Shown here: positions 36,144 through 45,578 of the stretch, piece by piece
Layout of the letters: the number at the start of each line of letters is the position of its first letter
Numbering within the stretch: position 1 is the stretch's first letter
Assembly (NCBI GenBank): GCA_964615175.1
Contig: CAZTOV010000001.1
Coordinates: forward strand, 42,439 to 106,438
Reading direction: 5' to 3'
Source: an uncultured Burkholderiales bacterium
GTDB lineage: Bacteria > Actinomycetota > Acidimicrobiia > IMCC26256 > JACPCJ01
Length of the DNA: 64,000 nt
The notes under the pieces: model-generated
Databases searched by the model: none
Told to the model about the DNA's origin: nothing
The model's input: the letters and a program-made list of their open reading frames with translations, nothing else
Translations under genes and position numbers: made by a program

Positions 36144-36676
36144 GCTGCAACTCCCGCAGTGCCCGCCTCGGAGAAACTCAACCGATCCTGCTGCTCATTT
36201 CTTCTCCCGGTCGGCTCGGTAGGACGCGGCGACTGGAAGACTCGCGTCAAGCTAGCTGAGCCGCGTCGATGTGCCGCATGCCAATTGTGGTCTTGCGTCT
36301 GGCGGCCTCGCCAGTGTCGCGTCGACGACAACGGAACCATCCCTGATCGATTGCTCACTGACGATAATCGCGGTTGGAGCCTGACGGGTGCAGGCCCACG
36401 ATGGCCACCGAGGAATCTCAGGGGCAGCACTGCCAAACACCGTGGCTTGGCACGCCGCACCCTACCTTGGCGATTTGTGGCTCTCCTGACTGATTTGTGG
36501 GTGTCTCCGTGACCCACGCGCGGGTGCACGCCGCCTCCTCCCTACGTTTCCGGGCTGTCCAAGGCTCGGCGACGATGGGGAGGAGGCGACGTGCGGGACG
36601 CGAGATTATGGCGGTGGCTGTCATACCCCGTCCGTATGGTGTCGACATCGGTTATCGGAGCACGAGAGGAAGCACC

Positions 36677-37117
36677 ATGGATACATGGCATGACGTTGAG
36701 TACCCGCTGCTGAGAGCGATTGCTGAGGAATGGGAGGCCGGACATGCCCAACTCGGCAATGGAGTGCTGGTGGAGAAAACCGGGCTCGACAAGGATGTGG
36801 TCGATCGTTCCTTGGAGCGACTACTAGCAGCGAGCTACATCGACGGCATCGACGTTCCGGATGCGTCCACCGTCTACGTGCAACTTCTGAGGATTCAGTT
36901 GACCGAACGAGGCCTTCGCGCGGTCGGTCAGTGGCCCTCGGAGGATCACTACGAATCGCTACTCGGTCTCCTTGAAACCCGGATCGACCAGGAGCCTGAC
37001 GACCGGGCAGGACATTGGCTGCGGACGCTACGAGATGCGCTCGCGGACGCACCCGCGGGAGTGGCCACTTCGTTTTTGAGCGCGTGGTTGCAGTCGCGCC
37101 TCGGGTTGGCATCATGA
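36677..37117 (+). CDS. Winged-helix (MarR-like) DNA-binding protein, divergent from the GHKL operon
   Basis: GAGAGGAAG precedes the ATG at 36677. The segment EYPLLRAIAE..VEKTGLDKDVVDRSLERLLAASYI is wHTH-like. The ORF-track start at 36497 is probably too far upstream. Confidence 0.5.
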   Translation: MDTWHDVEYPLLRAIAEEWEAGHAQLGNGVLVEKTGLDKDVVDRSLERLLAASYIDGIDVPDASTVYVQLLRIQLTERGLRAVGQWPSEDHYESLLGLLETRIDQEPDDRAGHWLRTLRDALADAPAGVATSFLSAWLQSRLGLAS

Positions 37118-37410
37118 GTGCTGATACCCGGCCTCGCGCGGCAGCGGAGACGACGAACCGTGAGGCGGCATCGACCGCGCTTCTCGCCGCGCTCGACGCC
37201 AGCCATCAGCGTCTCGTCGATCTTCTCGCCGACGTCTTCTTTGCCATCGGGGAGTGGCCGACGTTCCACCACGTCGAAGCGATCCTCGACCAAGATGGGC
37301 CCGACGCTGGCGAACTTCTCGCTTCGTTCCCTCGCATCGGGGGGAGCATCACGGGTACAGCACTGTTCAGCGGTCCACTGGCGGCATCAGATCGGCGTCG
37401 AAGACCGTAG
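37114..37410 (+). CDS. Hypothetical protein (98 aa), translationally coupled to 36677 gene
   Basis: ATGA start/stop overlap at 37114-37117. No motif recognised. Confidence 0.4.
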   Translation: MSADTRPRAAAETTNREAASTALLAALDASHQRLVDLLADVFFAIGEWPTFHHVEAILDQDGPDAGELLASFPRIGGSITGTALFSGPLAASDRRRRP

Positions 37411-37528
37411 CGATCGAGTTGCTCTCACCCTGGTCGGCTTCTCCCATTGCTAGGGCGGTGGGCGTTCACAACGCTAGGCTGATAGCAAATATCATATCGA
37501 ACATACGACGGGGACGGGGAGAGCCATC

Positions 37529-38101
37529 GTGGATACGAGTTCGATGCTGCTGCGTCAGACGAGGCGGTCGTGCCAGTTGTCCCAGCGCGAGGCCGGTCGG
37601 CGTTCGGCGGTGTCACAGCCGGCGCTGGCGGACTGGGAGTCGGGCCGCCACGACCCGGTGACCGAGAACCTGGTCCGGGTGCTCGGCGCGCTCGGCCACC
37701 GCCTCGTTGCCGTCCCCACCCTCCGGCATTCGGCCGCGGAGGCTGCCGACGCGGTGTGGCGGCACCTCCGTGCCGGCGACGAGCGCCGCGCCTACCGCGA
37801 ACTGATCCAGCTCAACGACGACCTGGCCGCCGAACACGGCGCGGTGCGGGTGGTCCTGGCGGTGTCCCGACCCGCCCCCACCGGGGACGCTCGCTTCGAC
37901 GCGTTCATCGCCGCGCTGGTAGAGCACCGCCTCTTGGAGGAGGGCCTCCCGGTGCCCGAGTGGGTCCACGACCCCTCCCGGTTCCTCGACGAGACGTGGG
38001 TGGTCGACCCCCACGCCCCGCCGATCGAGCATGCGCAGACACCGACCGCGTTCAGCCGCCACGGCGTCGTCGTCCACCCCGACGAGTTGGCGAGCGCGTG
38101 A
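37529..38101 (+). CDS. XRE-family HTH protein (antitoxin-like) with C-terminal extension
   Basis: LLRQTRRSCQLSQREAGRRSAVSQPALADWESGRHDP is a classic Cro/C1-type HTH. Its stop overlaps the next start by 1 nt. Confidence 0.7.
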   Translation: MDTSSMLLRQTRRSCQLSQREAGRRSAVSQPALADWESGRHDPVTENLVRVLGALGHRLVAVPTLRHSAAEAADAVWRHLRAGDERRAYRELIQLNDDLAAEHGAVRVVLAVSRPAPTGDARFDAFIAALVEHRLLEEGLPVPEWVHDPSRFLDETWVVDPHAPPIEHAQTPTAFSRHGVVVHPDELASA

Positions 38102-38619
38102 TGGCCACCTTCGAGCGAGCCGACCTCGAGGACGCGCTCACCCAGCTCGTCGATCTCCTGTCGGAGCGGGGCGTCGCGGCGAAGATCCGCCTGGTGGGAG
38201 GGGCGGCCCTCTCGCTCGCCTACTTCGATCGCGCCGCGACCGCGGACGTGGACGCCGTCTTGCATCCGGCCGAGCTTGTCAAGGAGGCAGCAGCCGAGAT
38301 CGCCGCCCGGAACGGCTGGCCGGTCGACTGGCTCAACGACCGGGCCCTCGCCTACATGAGCAACTACGACACCGAGGGCGACTGGCGCGTCCTGATGTCG
38401 CGAGGCGGGGTGACGGTGTGGGTGGCGTCGGCGGAGATGCTGCTGGCGATGAAGCTCTGGGCCGCCCGAGGCCGGCGCGACCACGACGACCTGGACGACC
38501 TGCTGTCCCATCGCGGAGTGACGTCGAAGGATGAGGCCGTGGCCGTCTTCGAGCGCTACTACCCGGAGGAGGCGCTCAACGCCCGGGCGATGCGGTATCT
38601 CGAGGCCCGCTTCCCGTAG
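38101..38619 (+). CDS. Minimal nucleotidyltransferase-fold protein (AbiEii/MNT-like toxin candidate)
   Basis: The NTase signature hGG..(x)n..DVDAVL is present as KIRLVGGAALSLAYFDRAATADVDAVL. Translationally coupled to the upstream HTH gene. Confidence 0.55.
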   Translation: MATFERADLEDALTQLVDLLSERGVAAKIRLVGGAALSLAYFDRAATADVDAVLHPAELVKEAAAEIAARNGWPVDWLNDRALAYMSNYDTEGDWRVLMSRGGVTVWVASAEMLLAMKLWAARGRRDHDDLDDLLSHRGVTSKDEAVAVFERYYPEEALNARAMRYLEARFP

Positions 38620-38680
38620 GTGTTGGCTGCCGCGCGGTAAGGGGTCGCCTCCGCCCGGCAGTCGTGGTCAGCCGTTCGCC

Positions 38681-39121
38681 TCACGACCATCGGTCGATCA
38701 CGGACCCAGGGCCGCCGATCGACGTCTTGGTGAGACGACGCGGGATTTCGACCGACACGTTCGAGGGTCTCGGGCGTGCGCCTGTGAAGAGGGGTGCCGC
38801 GGAGCCCTCCCGGGGGGCCGGAAGGGATGCGTGGGCCGAGGCTTCGGCGTAGACCTCGCCGTCGGTGCGGGCGTCGGCGGCCCAGATCTCGCAGACCACG
38901 ACCTCGCCCTGGTCGTTGATCCGGTAGACGACCCGCCAGTGTCGATGCCCAACCACCAGCTTGCGGTAGCCGGTGAGGTCACCACCGGGCGGCGCACCCG
39001 CTTCGGGATCGGTTTCCAGGAGCAGGATCTTCTTGAGCATCCGCGGCGCGACCGATGGCCCGACCCTCCGGAGGTCGTCGATGGCGGGGTCGGTGAAGAC
39101 GACCCGGACCTGCTGGGACAT
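38681..39121 (-). CDS. ParE/RelE-family toxin (with C-terminal extension)
   Basis: VVFTDPAIDDLRRV..LTGYRKLVVGHRHWRVVYRINDQGEVVVCEIW has the ParE/RelE layout. Located 21 nt downstream of the Phd/YefM gene. Confidence 0.7.
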   Translation of the reverse strand: MSQQVRVVFTDPAIDDLRRVGPSVAPRMLKKILLLETDPEAGAPPGGDLTGYRKLVVGHRHWRVVYRINDQGEVVVCEIWAADARTDGEVYAEASAHASLPAPREGSAAPLFTGARPRPSNVSVEIPRRLTKTSIGGPGSVIDRWS

Positions 39122-39142
39122 GACGACCGACCGGCCGGCCCC

Positions 39143-39412
39143 TCACTCGGGCAGTTCGGAGAGAGACTCGCGCGTGTGTCCGAAGGCAGCGAGAACCTGG
39201 TCGAAGTCGGTGCGAGCGCCGCCGTCGGTGACCTGGCGCGAGACCGCGAGGGCGAGGTCACGGAGATCGTCACGGAGTTCTTCGGCAGCGGCGAGCTGCT
39301 CCATGCTGACGATGGCAGCGACCGGCTCGTGGTGGCGGGTAACCACGACCGTCTTGCCTTCCTGGGTGTCGGAGACCAGACCGGAGACGCCGCGGCGCGT
39401 CGCTTCCGTCAC
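39143..39412 (-). CDS. Phd/YefM-family type II antitoxin
   Basis: GVSGLVSDTQEGKTVVVTRHHEPVAAIVSMEQL is the typical Phd/YefM N-terminal fold sequence. Confidence 0.8.
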   Translation of the reverse strand: MTEATRRGVSGLVSDTQEGKTVVVTRHHEPVAAIVSMEQLAAAEELRDDLRDLALAVSRQVTDGGARTDFDQVLAAFGHTRESLSELPE

Positions 39413-39599
39413 CGACTACTCGTGGACCTCGATCCGTCCCTCACGAGCCGTATCCCGTGCGTCCATGTCGTTAACTATAGAGATTTCTGTGTAGATCAGG
39501 ACCCGGGGGCAGGCCCACGGCTTTCTCGTTGTTCCCGTCGCAGGGCGGAATTACGCTGGTGTGAGTCTTCCTTGCCGTGCGTACTGAGAGGATCGGACC

Positions 39600-40607
39600 A
39601 TGAGTCACCCGGCACCCAAGACAGCAATAGGAGAGTTCGGGTGGTACGTCGCTCGCAAGCAGGGCGCCGACGTGGACAAGCTCTGCGGCGCGGCGGGCAG
39701 CCTCGTGCTCCTCGGAAAGGCCGGGCTCGAGCGAGGCCGGCGCCTCCGCAACGGAGGTTGGGAGGGACGACTGCGTCTCGACCCGGGTCAGCACGAAGTT
39801 CCCTCAGCTACGGATTGGGCGGCCGTGCAGCGCGAGCTGGAGGTCGCGGAGCTGATCTCGCCTGGTGGACTTGTCACCGTCGACGATCCGGCATCTCTGG
39901 AACGTGTCGTTGAATCCCAGAGGGCGTGGGTTGGCGACCATGGTGGGAGGATGTCGGTCGCTTTGGAGCGGAAGCTTCTCGGGACGGCAGAAGTGTCCCT
40001 CGTGCTCGATGCCCTCGCTGATGCGGGTGTTCCGGTGATGATCACGTTGGAAGATGCGAACGACCCTCTCGGCTATGTCGGTGCCGTCGACGGGTTTCGG
40101 CAGCTCATCCACGGGCTCGACGACGTGGCGGTCCAGCGGATCGACCTCGGAGGTATCGGAGCGCTTGCCCACGGGGCGCGGTTCGCGGGGATCGGGATCG
40201 CCGGCTCGAGCCGGCACTACGTTCGAGAGGGAAAGGGGGGCGGCGGCTCTGGCGTTGTCAGCCCCTCCGTGGTGGTGCGCGACCTCGTTGGCTACTTCCA
40301 AGCGTTCCTGCTGCAGCGGTGGAGCACGCACCCGAAGGGGAAGATCCCGTGCCTTTACGAGCCGTGTTCCGGGCAGTCGCTCGATCGTTTCGTATTTGAG
40401 CAGTACGCGGACGAAGTGTTGGCCCACAACATGCATACGGTCGAAGGGATGGTCGAAGAGTTGAATGGCGAAACAGAGGTGCTGGACCGCCAGACGTGGT
40501 GGGCCCAGTTGTGTCGCGACGCCGAAGTCCGACGTCGCGAACTGAGCCGAGTGACGAGTGAGGACGTCAGGGTCGACTACCAGCTCCGGGGCTGGGCCGG
40601 CACGTAG
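39600..40607 (+). CDS. Hypothetical protein (335 aa)
   Basis: Protein-like composition with ATG start, but no motif recognised. Confidence 0.5.
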   Translation: MSHPAPKTAIGEFGWYVARKQGADVDKLCGAAGSLVLLGKAGLERGRRLRNGGWEGRLRLDPGQHEVPSATDWAAVQRELEVAELISPGGLVTVDDPASLERVVESQRAWVGDHGGRMSVALERKLLGTAEVSLVLDALADAGVPVMITLEDANDPLGYVGAVDGFRQLIHGLDDVAVQRIDLGGIGALAHGARFAGIGIAGSSRHYVREGKGGGGSGVVSPSVVVRDLVGYFQAFLLQRWSTHPKGKIPCLYEPCSGQSLDRFVFEQYADEVLAHNMHTVEGMVEELNGETEVLDRQTWWAQLCRDAEVRRRELSRVTSEDVRVDYQLRGWAGT

Positions 40608-41211
40608 CGAGATAGGCGGCGTAGACGGCCTCGGCGAACCGCCACGGGTACAAGCCAGGCAGTCTGGGGTGTGCGCCCGGGGGAGTGACGATCTCGCCGT
40701 TCAGTACCAACCCCACGCCGAGCCAGGTCGCCTCGAGCACGGCAAGCTGGGGCTCACGGGGCGTTCGCTCGCACACGGCGAGGCGTTGGCAGAGCAGACC
40801 GAACTTGCTGGCCGCTGTCAGCGCCGGCCTCCAGCCGGCGCGGTGAACCGCCACGCACCGCACGTGGAGTGGCGGCTTCAAGGCTCGCATCACTCGACCG
40901 TCTTTGATGCTGAATGTGGCGTCGCCTGCCGCGGCGACCGTTTGAAACAGGTCCATCACGTCGTCGGTGGTCTCCACCGGCTCGTTCAGCGGTAGGGAGA
41001 GTGCGGCGTCGAGCACGTCCCAACTGGTGATCGCCTCGAGTCCCGCGGCACGGCGCCGTTCGTGCTCGTGCGGGTCGAGATCGAAGGCAGCCAGGCCACC
41101 GAGGTCGTCGATCTGGAACTCGACGGCCTCGGCGTCTCCGAAGCCAGCGGCGTGAAGCGCGTGTTCGAGCTGGGTCGTTACGGCTTTATTCGCGCTACGT
41201 GAACTGGCCAT
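40567..41211 (-). CDS. Hypothetical protein downstream of HTH gene
   Basis: Overlaps the 3' end of the 41178-41456 HTH gene by 34 nt, so the start is uncertain. No motif recognised. Confidence 0.4.
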   Translation of the reverse strand: MASSRSANKAVTTQLEHALHAAGFGDAEAVEFQIDDLGGLAAFDLDPHEHERRRAAGLEAITSWDVLDAALSLPLNEPVETTDDVMDLFQTVAAAGDATFSIKDGRVMRALKPPLHVRCVAVHRAGWRPALTAASKFGLLCQRLAVCERTPREPQLAVLEATWLGVGLVLNGEIVTPPGAHPRLPGLYPWRFAEAVYAAYLATCRPSPGAGSRP

Positions 41212-41456
41212 GGTTCCCGCGTCTCGGTGTCAAGCTCGTCGAGATCCACACCGAGCACCCGAGCGATCTCGGCGACGACCACGAATGCCGGTTGCTTCTT
41301 CGGGTGCTCGAAGTACTTCTTGACCCGCTCGTAGTCGAGCCCCGTCTCGCAGGCGAGTGCGGTGAGTGTGAGGTCATCCGGCTTCGCAGCGGTAAGTCGC
41401 TGCCAGATCCGTTCGACGCGACGGCGCTCAGAATCAGGCACTTCCTTGCGGGCCAT
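41178..41456 (-). CDS. HTH (XRE-like) DNA-binding protein
   Basis: LTLTALACETGLDYERVKKYFEHPKKQPAFVVVAEIARVLGVDLDEL is HTH-like. Confidence 0.6.
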   Translation of the reverse strand: MARKEVPDSERRRVERIWQRLTAAKPDDLTLTALACETGLDYERVKKYFEHPKKQPAFVVVAEIARVLGVDLDELDTETREPWPVHVARIKP

Positions 41457-41577
41457 GACAGGAAACTAATACAGGAAAACAATACTCACCAGCGAGTCCG
41501 GGCGGGCTGATCCTGATCCTCGATGGAGCGGAGCGCCGTTTGGCCCTGTGCATGAACGTGCACTACAGCTATTGTGA

Positions 41578-41871
41578 ATGAACGTGCACACGGATTCGAT
41601 GCGGATCAGAACGGCGATCGAGCTGGGTGCGCTGATTCGTGACCGGCGGCAGGCAGCCGGATTCACCCAGACCGAGCTGGCTTCGAAGGCCGGGGTGAGT
41701 CGGAGATGGCTCGCCTCACTGGAGGCGGGGAAGGCGACGAGCGCGTTCGAACTGATTCTCAGGACACTCGACGCCCTCGGTCTCGTGATCTCTGTCGACG
41801 AGGAACCGGAGGTGTCCGTCGACGTTGATCTCGACCAGGTTCTCGGGACCTACGACGAGACCCCGGGATGA
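41578..41871 (+). CDS. HipB-like XRE-family antitoxin, orphan (no intact HipA downstream)
   Basis: IELGALIRDRRQAAGFTQTELASKAGVSRRWLASLEAGKATSAFELILRTLDALGL is the y4mF/HipB-type HTH. Confidence 0.75.
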   Translation: MNVHTDSMRIRTAIELGALIRDRRQAAGFTQTELASKAGVSRRWLASLEAGKATSAFELILRTLDALGLVISVDEEPEVSVDVDLDQVLGTYDETPG

Positions 41872-42068
41872 GCGGTCGTCCGACGCCGTCGCCGGGCCGG
41901 CGCGTCGGTGTGTCCGCGAGCTGTCCTGACCTCCGCCGCTACGGGCCCGGGGCGCCGCAGCTCTCGAGGTCGGCCGTGTTGTCGGGTCGGCCGAGTATGT
42001 GCTGTCGTCGGGGCCGCCCCAGCCGATGTTGGTGATGCCGGCCGCGCACAGCACCAACACGTCAGTGA

Positions 42069-42482
42069 AGTGCGTCGACCTCGCACCGGCGCTCGATCTG
42101 GCGGGGAGGGGCGCTGACCGGTGCAGTAGGGCGAGATCCATCGGCACTCACCGAACGGGGCCACCTCCTCGAGACGTTCGTCGTCGGCGAGTTCCTCAAG
42201 CAGACGTCGTGGGTTGACGGGCTTGCCGGGGTTGGTCACTGGCGGACCCACGGCAACGACGAGGTCGACTTCGTTGTCGAGCGTGACGACGGCGCCGTCT
42301 TGGCGCTCGAGGTCAAGGCCGCCGCACGTATACCCGGCGACCAGCTCCGGCCGCTGCGGAAGCTCCGCGATGCGGTGGGCAGTGTCTTCGTGGCCAGCAT
42401 CGTGATCAGCCTTGGCTCACGCTCGCACACCTTCGAGGACCGGCTCCACGTCATGCCCGCCGATCGGCTCCGGACTCCCTGA
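42069..42482 (+). pseudogene. C-terminal (DUF4143-type) fragment of an AAA-family ATPase
   Basis: Hand translation of this frame gives ..LTERGHLLETFVVGEFLKQ..THGNDEVDFVVERDDGAVLALEVKAAARIPGDQLRPLRKLRDAVG..VMPADRL. This is the typical C-terminus of DUF4143 ATPases. The ATPase N-terminal two thirds are absent, and an in-frame stop lies at 42066. Confidence 0.6.
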
Positions 42483-42545
42483 AGGGGCGAGCCGTCAGGC
42501 GCTGGAGGAGCCCGTCGGCCGTGGCAGAAGTGGGCGAGGACTCCG

Positions 42546-43496
42546 CTACGCCTCGGTCGTGTCGGGAACACCGTGCTTGCTCGGGGCAATGGCCGCCACG
42601 CCGGTGCTCGCTCCGACGGCGGCGACGACCATGGCGCCGAAGGCGACCAGGAACGTCTGCGGGTCGGCGCCGAAACTGGCGTCGGCCTGCACGTTCTGAC
42701 GCCAATACGTGTACGCGCCCGCGAGCGCGGCGGCCCCGAGCCAGAACGGTCTCACGGAGAACCACTTGACGAACAGCTTGGCGGTTCCCTGGCCCGTGGC
42801 AGCCTTCCGGAGCTGATGCCGGTGGGCCGACCAACCGGCCCAGAGCGCGGCGGCCGCAGCCAGCGGAACTCCGGGGAGGAACAGCCACCAGATGTGGGGT
42901 GACTGCACCTTCACCGTCACGGGCATGGCGACGTCCCGCAGGCGAGGGTCCTGAGCGAAGACCGACCCCGAATAGGTCCCCGGCGACAACGAGTCCACCG
43001 AGCCCGGGTCGATACACAGCTCGACCTCGATCAGCCGGCGGCCGTTCCTGTCGCGGTCCACCCGGTCGAGGACCTGCGCCACGACGGCGTCGTCGCCGGC
43101 GATCTCCTCTTTGCCGCGTAGGAAGGGACCGGCGGCGAATCGGTACTGCTCGACGTCGTCCACCAGGTTCTCGGCGTTGCCCTTCACCGAGTAATGGATG
43201 AACACGCGTCCGGGCCGTTGGTCACGTCCCAACTCGAGGGTCTCGTCATCGAGCGGCCGCCCCAGCACCGGCCGCTGGTCGAACGGCAGCGGCGTCGGAT
43301 CCGCGGCGACGTCAGGGCGGCCGCAGTCCCTGCCTCCGGGCGAGGTCGCATTCCACACCAGGGCCCCGCCCACGAGCGTCGACGCCGCCACGGCGATGAC
43401 CACAGTCCAGATCAGATGCTTGATCGTCACGGCCCTCCCCTCACGGAGCCGAAAGCCGGGCCGACTGTAGAGGACCGCGCCCACTCGCAACATCAC
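42546..43496 (-). CDS. Hypothetical membrane protein
   Basis: One N-terminal TM (LIWTVVIAVAASTLVGGALVW), an extracytoplasmic domain, then 3-4 C-terminal TM helices. The start is uncertain. Confidence 0.5.
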   Translation of the reverse strand: MMLRVGAVLYSRPGFRLREGRAVTIKHLIWTVVIAVAASTLVGGALVWNATSPGGRDCGRPDVAADPTPLPFDQRPVLGRPLDDETLELGRDQRPGRVFIHYSVKGNAENLVDDVEQYRFAAGPFLRGKEEIAGDDAVVAQVLDRVDRDRNGRRLIEVELCIDPGSVDSLSPGTYSGSVFAQDPRLRDVAMPVTVKVQSPHIWWLFLPGVPLAAAAALWAGWSAHRHQLRKAATGQGTAKLFVKWFSVRPFWLGAAALAGAYTYWRQNVQADASFGADPQTFLVAFGAMVVAAVGASTGVAAIAPSKHGVPDTTEA

Positions 43497-43658
43497 CCAT
43501 CCGGGTGACCGGGCTGTATCGGTGAGGTCGTACTTCCGGATCTCCCGTCGGACGCCGTCGCAGGGCCGTGGCGACCATCAACCCCTCGTGAGTTGTGAGC
43601 ATCGACGGCCGGGGCCGCTCGAGAGGGGGGTAGTCCTTGCTCCCCCGCGAAATCGTTG

Positions 43659-43678
43659 AACCCCCCGGTTGGGGGATT
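43659..43678. repeat. Variant of the C5/G5 palindrome family (AACCCCCCGGTTGGGGGATT)
   Basis: A CCCCC/GGGGG stem with a 4-nt loop, flanked by GAA..GGGGGATTG as in the other copies. Confidence 0.7.
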
Positions 43679-43758
43679 GATTCGACGATTCGGCTCCGTA
43701 CGTTCCGCGTGTCCCCCGGGACGCGCGCGCCGAACGGCGCCCCGTTGCGTGTGCCGGG

Positions 43759-43839
43759 ACACGGATCCCGCCCCCCGAACTCCCACCGCGAGCCGAGCCC
43801 AACGCGAGTGGTGGAGAGGGAGGGGGGCGGGATCCGTGT
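43759..43839. repeat. 81-nt inverted repeat / long hairpin (perfect 18-bp arms)
   Basis: ACACGGATCCCGCCCCCC (43759-43776) pairs perfectly with GGGGGGCGGGATCCGTGT (43822-43839). The 45-nt interior is partly self-complementary (CTCCCACCGCG / CGCGAGTGGTGGAG). Intergenic. Confidence 0.8.
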
Positions 43840-43860
43840 ACGGCTGGACCCGACCATGCC

Positions 43861-44496
43861 ATGGTGACGAACGAACTGTTGATCATCGACCGGGCATCGC
43901 CCGGGAGCGGCCGTGGAGTCGAAGAGCGGGCGCTCGTGGCCGCGTGCGCTCACGTGCGCCGGCGCCGTGGATGGTGGGCCGGTCTCGCGCGGGGCGACTC
44001 CCCGGAAGGACGAGGGGCGGAACTCCGGCGCCAGGCCTTCGCCCTGCTCGCCCGAGACCCCCAGGGGCGCCCGGTGGCGTGGCTCGGCGACACCGAACAC
44101 TCGCGGGACCGCGACCCGGAGGACCTTGCGCGCCTCGCCGAAGGTCTGGTCGCCGGCTGTGCTGTCATCTGGGTCGACCCCCCGCCGAGGGGCCGGCGCC
44201 TGGCGCGTGCCTGGCGGGCGCTCGCCCGCGCCCACGCCCGCGCCCTGCTGGGGCGGGCGGCCGGGCTCCCCGAGCCGCTGTGCCGCCGGCTGAGCAGCGA
44301 CGAGCCCGCGGCGATCAGGCGGGCGGTGCGGGCGTGGCTCGACGGGGACGAGACCGTCGCCGTCGACCTGGTCAACAGTGCCCTCGTCGAACACGTCATC
44401 CGCGGGGAGCCCGGATACGTCGAACCGGGCTACGTCGAACCCGGGTTCTGGGAGCGGGGCTTCAGTCGCCCGCCCGCGGATTCGGAACGAGGGTGA
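43861..44496 (+). CDS. Hypothetical protein
   Basis: 211-aa ORF with an Arg/Ala-rich body and a tandem GYVEPGYVEPGF near the C-terminus. Coding status uncertain. Confidence 0.35.
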   Translation: MVTNELLIIDRASPGSGRGVEERALVAACAHVRRRRGWWAGLARGDSPEGRGAELRRQAFALLARDPQGRPVAWLGDTEHSRDRDPEDLARLAEGLVAGCAVIWVDPPPRGRRLARAWRALARAHARALLGRAAGLPEPLCRRLSSDEPAAIRRAVRAWLDGDETVAVDLVNSALVEHVIRGEPGYVEPGYVEPGFWERGFSRPPADSERG

Positions 44497-44559
44497 ACGA
44501 TGCGCCGTGGGCAGCGGCCGCAATTCACCCGGTCGGGGGATTGACCGGAAGTTTCATCC

Positions 44560-45258
44560 GTGTCATTTATGGCGCGGGCTCGGCTCGTGACCCGATCGGA
44601 GGACACGCTGGAGCCCACGGAGATGACCGAGGTCGCCCCTCGCCTGTTCGAGGTGGCGTTGCACTACACACGCGCCATCAGCGCCGGGGCCTTCGGCCAG
44701 GTGATGCTCCATGATCGCGCCGCGGGGGTTCCCGTGCACACGGTCGGAGGGAGCGAGCTGCCACCCGGCGCCCGGGGGGCGATCGAGGAGCTGGTCGGAC
44801 GAGAGCTCACCGTCCTGAACGCCCGGGCACGGACCGCCACCCTGCGATGTCCCCGGGGCGAGCGCGAGCGGATCGACACGTATGCCGTCCTGGACGCGGC
44901 GATCGGACGCGACGCCTGGTTCGCCGCGTGTCGCGTGACCTGGCCCATGGCCGACTTCCGGGACAACGACTGCGCCCAACGCCACGATCGCATCGTCGTG
45001 GCGGTCGACGACGACGAACACGGCGATGTCGGGCTCTACCGACTGTCGTACGACGACGTCGAGGGTGCGAGCCTCCGGGTGGTCGTGCGCGACGCCCTCC
45101 TGCGGAGCCTCGTGTTGGGCCCGGCCTTCGGCTCGGGCCCGCGGCACTCCGGCCCGGCGGGGTTCGCGGGTTCGGCGCCCCCGGCGGGGGAGGCCGGCCG
45201 CGCGTCCGGGAGGGTGACGTCGCCGAGCGCCGGTCGAGGGAGTCGGCCGGGTCGCTGA
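44560..45258 (+). CDS. Hypothetical protein
   Basis: 232-aa ORF. The first ~170 aa have protein-like composition and the tail is low-complexity G/S/P/R. Confidence 0.4.
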   Translation: MSFMARARLVTRSEDTLEPTEMTEVAPRLFEVALHYTRAISAGAFGQVMLHDRAAGVPVHTVGGSELPPGARGAIEELVGRELTVLNARARTATLRCPRGERERIDTYAVLDAAIGRDAWFAACRVTWPMADFRDNDCAQRHDRIVVAVDDDEHGDVGLYRLSYDDVEGASLRVVVRDALLRSLVLGPAFGSGPRHSGPAGFAGSAPPAGEAGRASGRVTSPSAGRGSRPGR

Positions 45259-45273
45259 CGCGCCGCCTCGCCG

Positions 45274-45477
45274 CTACTGCGTGTGGCAGGCGCGAGAGCA
45301 GTAGTAGCAGCCGTTCACCTGCCGGTAGTGCTTCCGCGCCTCCTTGACGGCAGGCCGGCAATTCGAGAACTCGCCGAGGTAGATGCGGTTCTCGAAGTCG
45401 GGCATGAACGAGCACCCCCTCTTGTGCACCTCGTGGTCGCCGTTCGACTGAGCGTTCTTGTTGACGTAGTAGCGCAC
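45274..45477 (-). CDS. Small conserved Cys/His-rich protein (67 aa)
   Basis: GGAGGG lies 5 nt upstream of the GTG at 45477. The product is VRYYVNKNAQSNGDHEVHKRGCSFMPDFENRIYLGEFSNCRPAVKEARKHYRQVNGCYYCSRACHTQ. It has 5 Cys including a CYYC pair and a terminal ACH, suggesting a metal site. The long ORF-track version (45274-45924) is over-extended. Confidence 0.7.
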   Translation of the reverse strand: MRYYVNKNAQSNGDHEVHKRGCSFMPDFENRIYLGEFSNCRPAVKEARKHYRQVNGCYYCSRACHTQ

Positions 45478-45578
45478 GTGATCCCTCCCATTGTTGACGT
45501 GACCGGACCACGGCCGATCGTCGGGAACACGATCGAGTGGCCCGGGGGGATCGCACCTGCCCCGTCGGGCATGACGAA

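Noticed and set aside
36472-36500. Direct repeat GATTTGTGG x2 spaced 20 bp apart in the divergent promoter region between the GHKL operon and the wHTH gene, as a possible operator.
   Set aside because: Two 9-mers are too little evidence. It is noted only as a place to look if the wHTH protein is tested for binding.
41872-42068. An expected HipA toxin gene downstream of the HipB-like antitoxin.
   Set aside because: Only a ~60-codon Arg/Pro/Cys-rich ORF overlaps the stop, with no HipA kinase motifs. The interval runs into an unrelated DUF4143 fragment. It is treated as an orphan antitoxin or a deletion.
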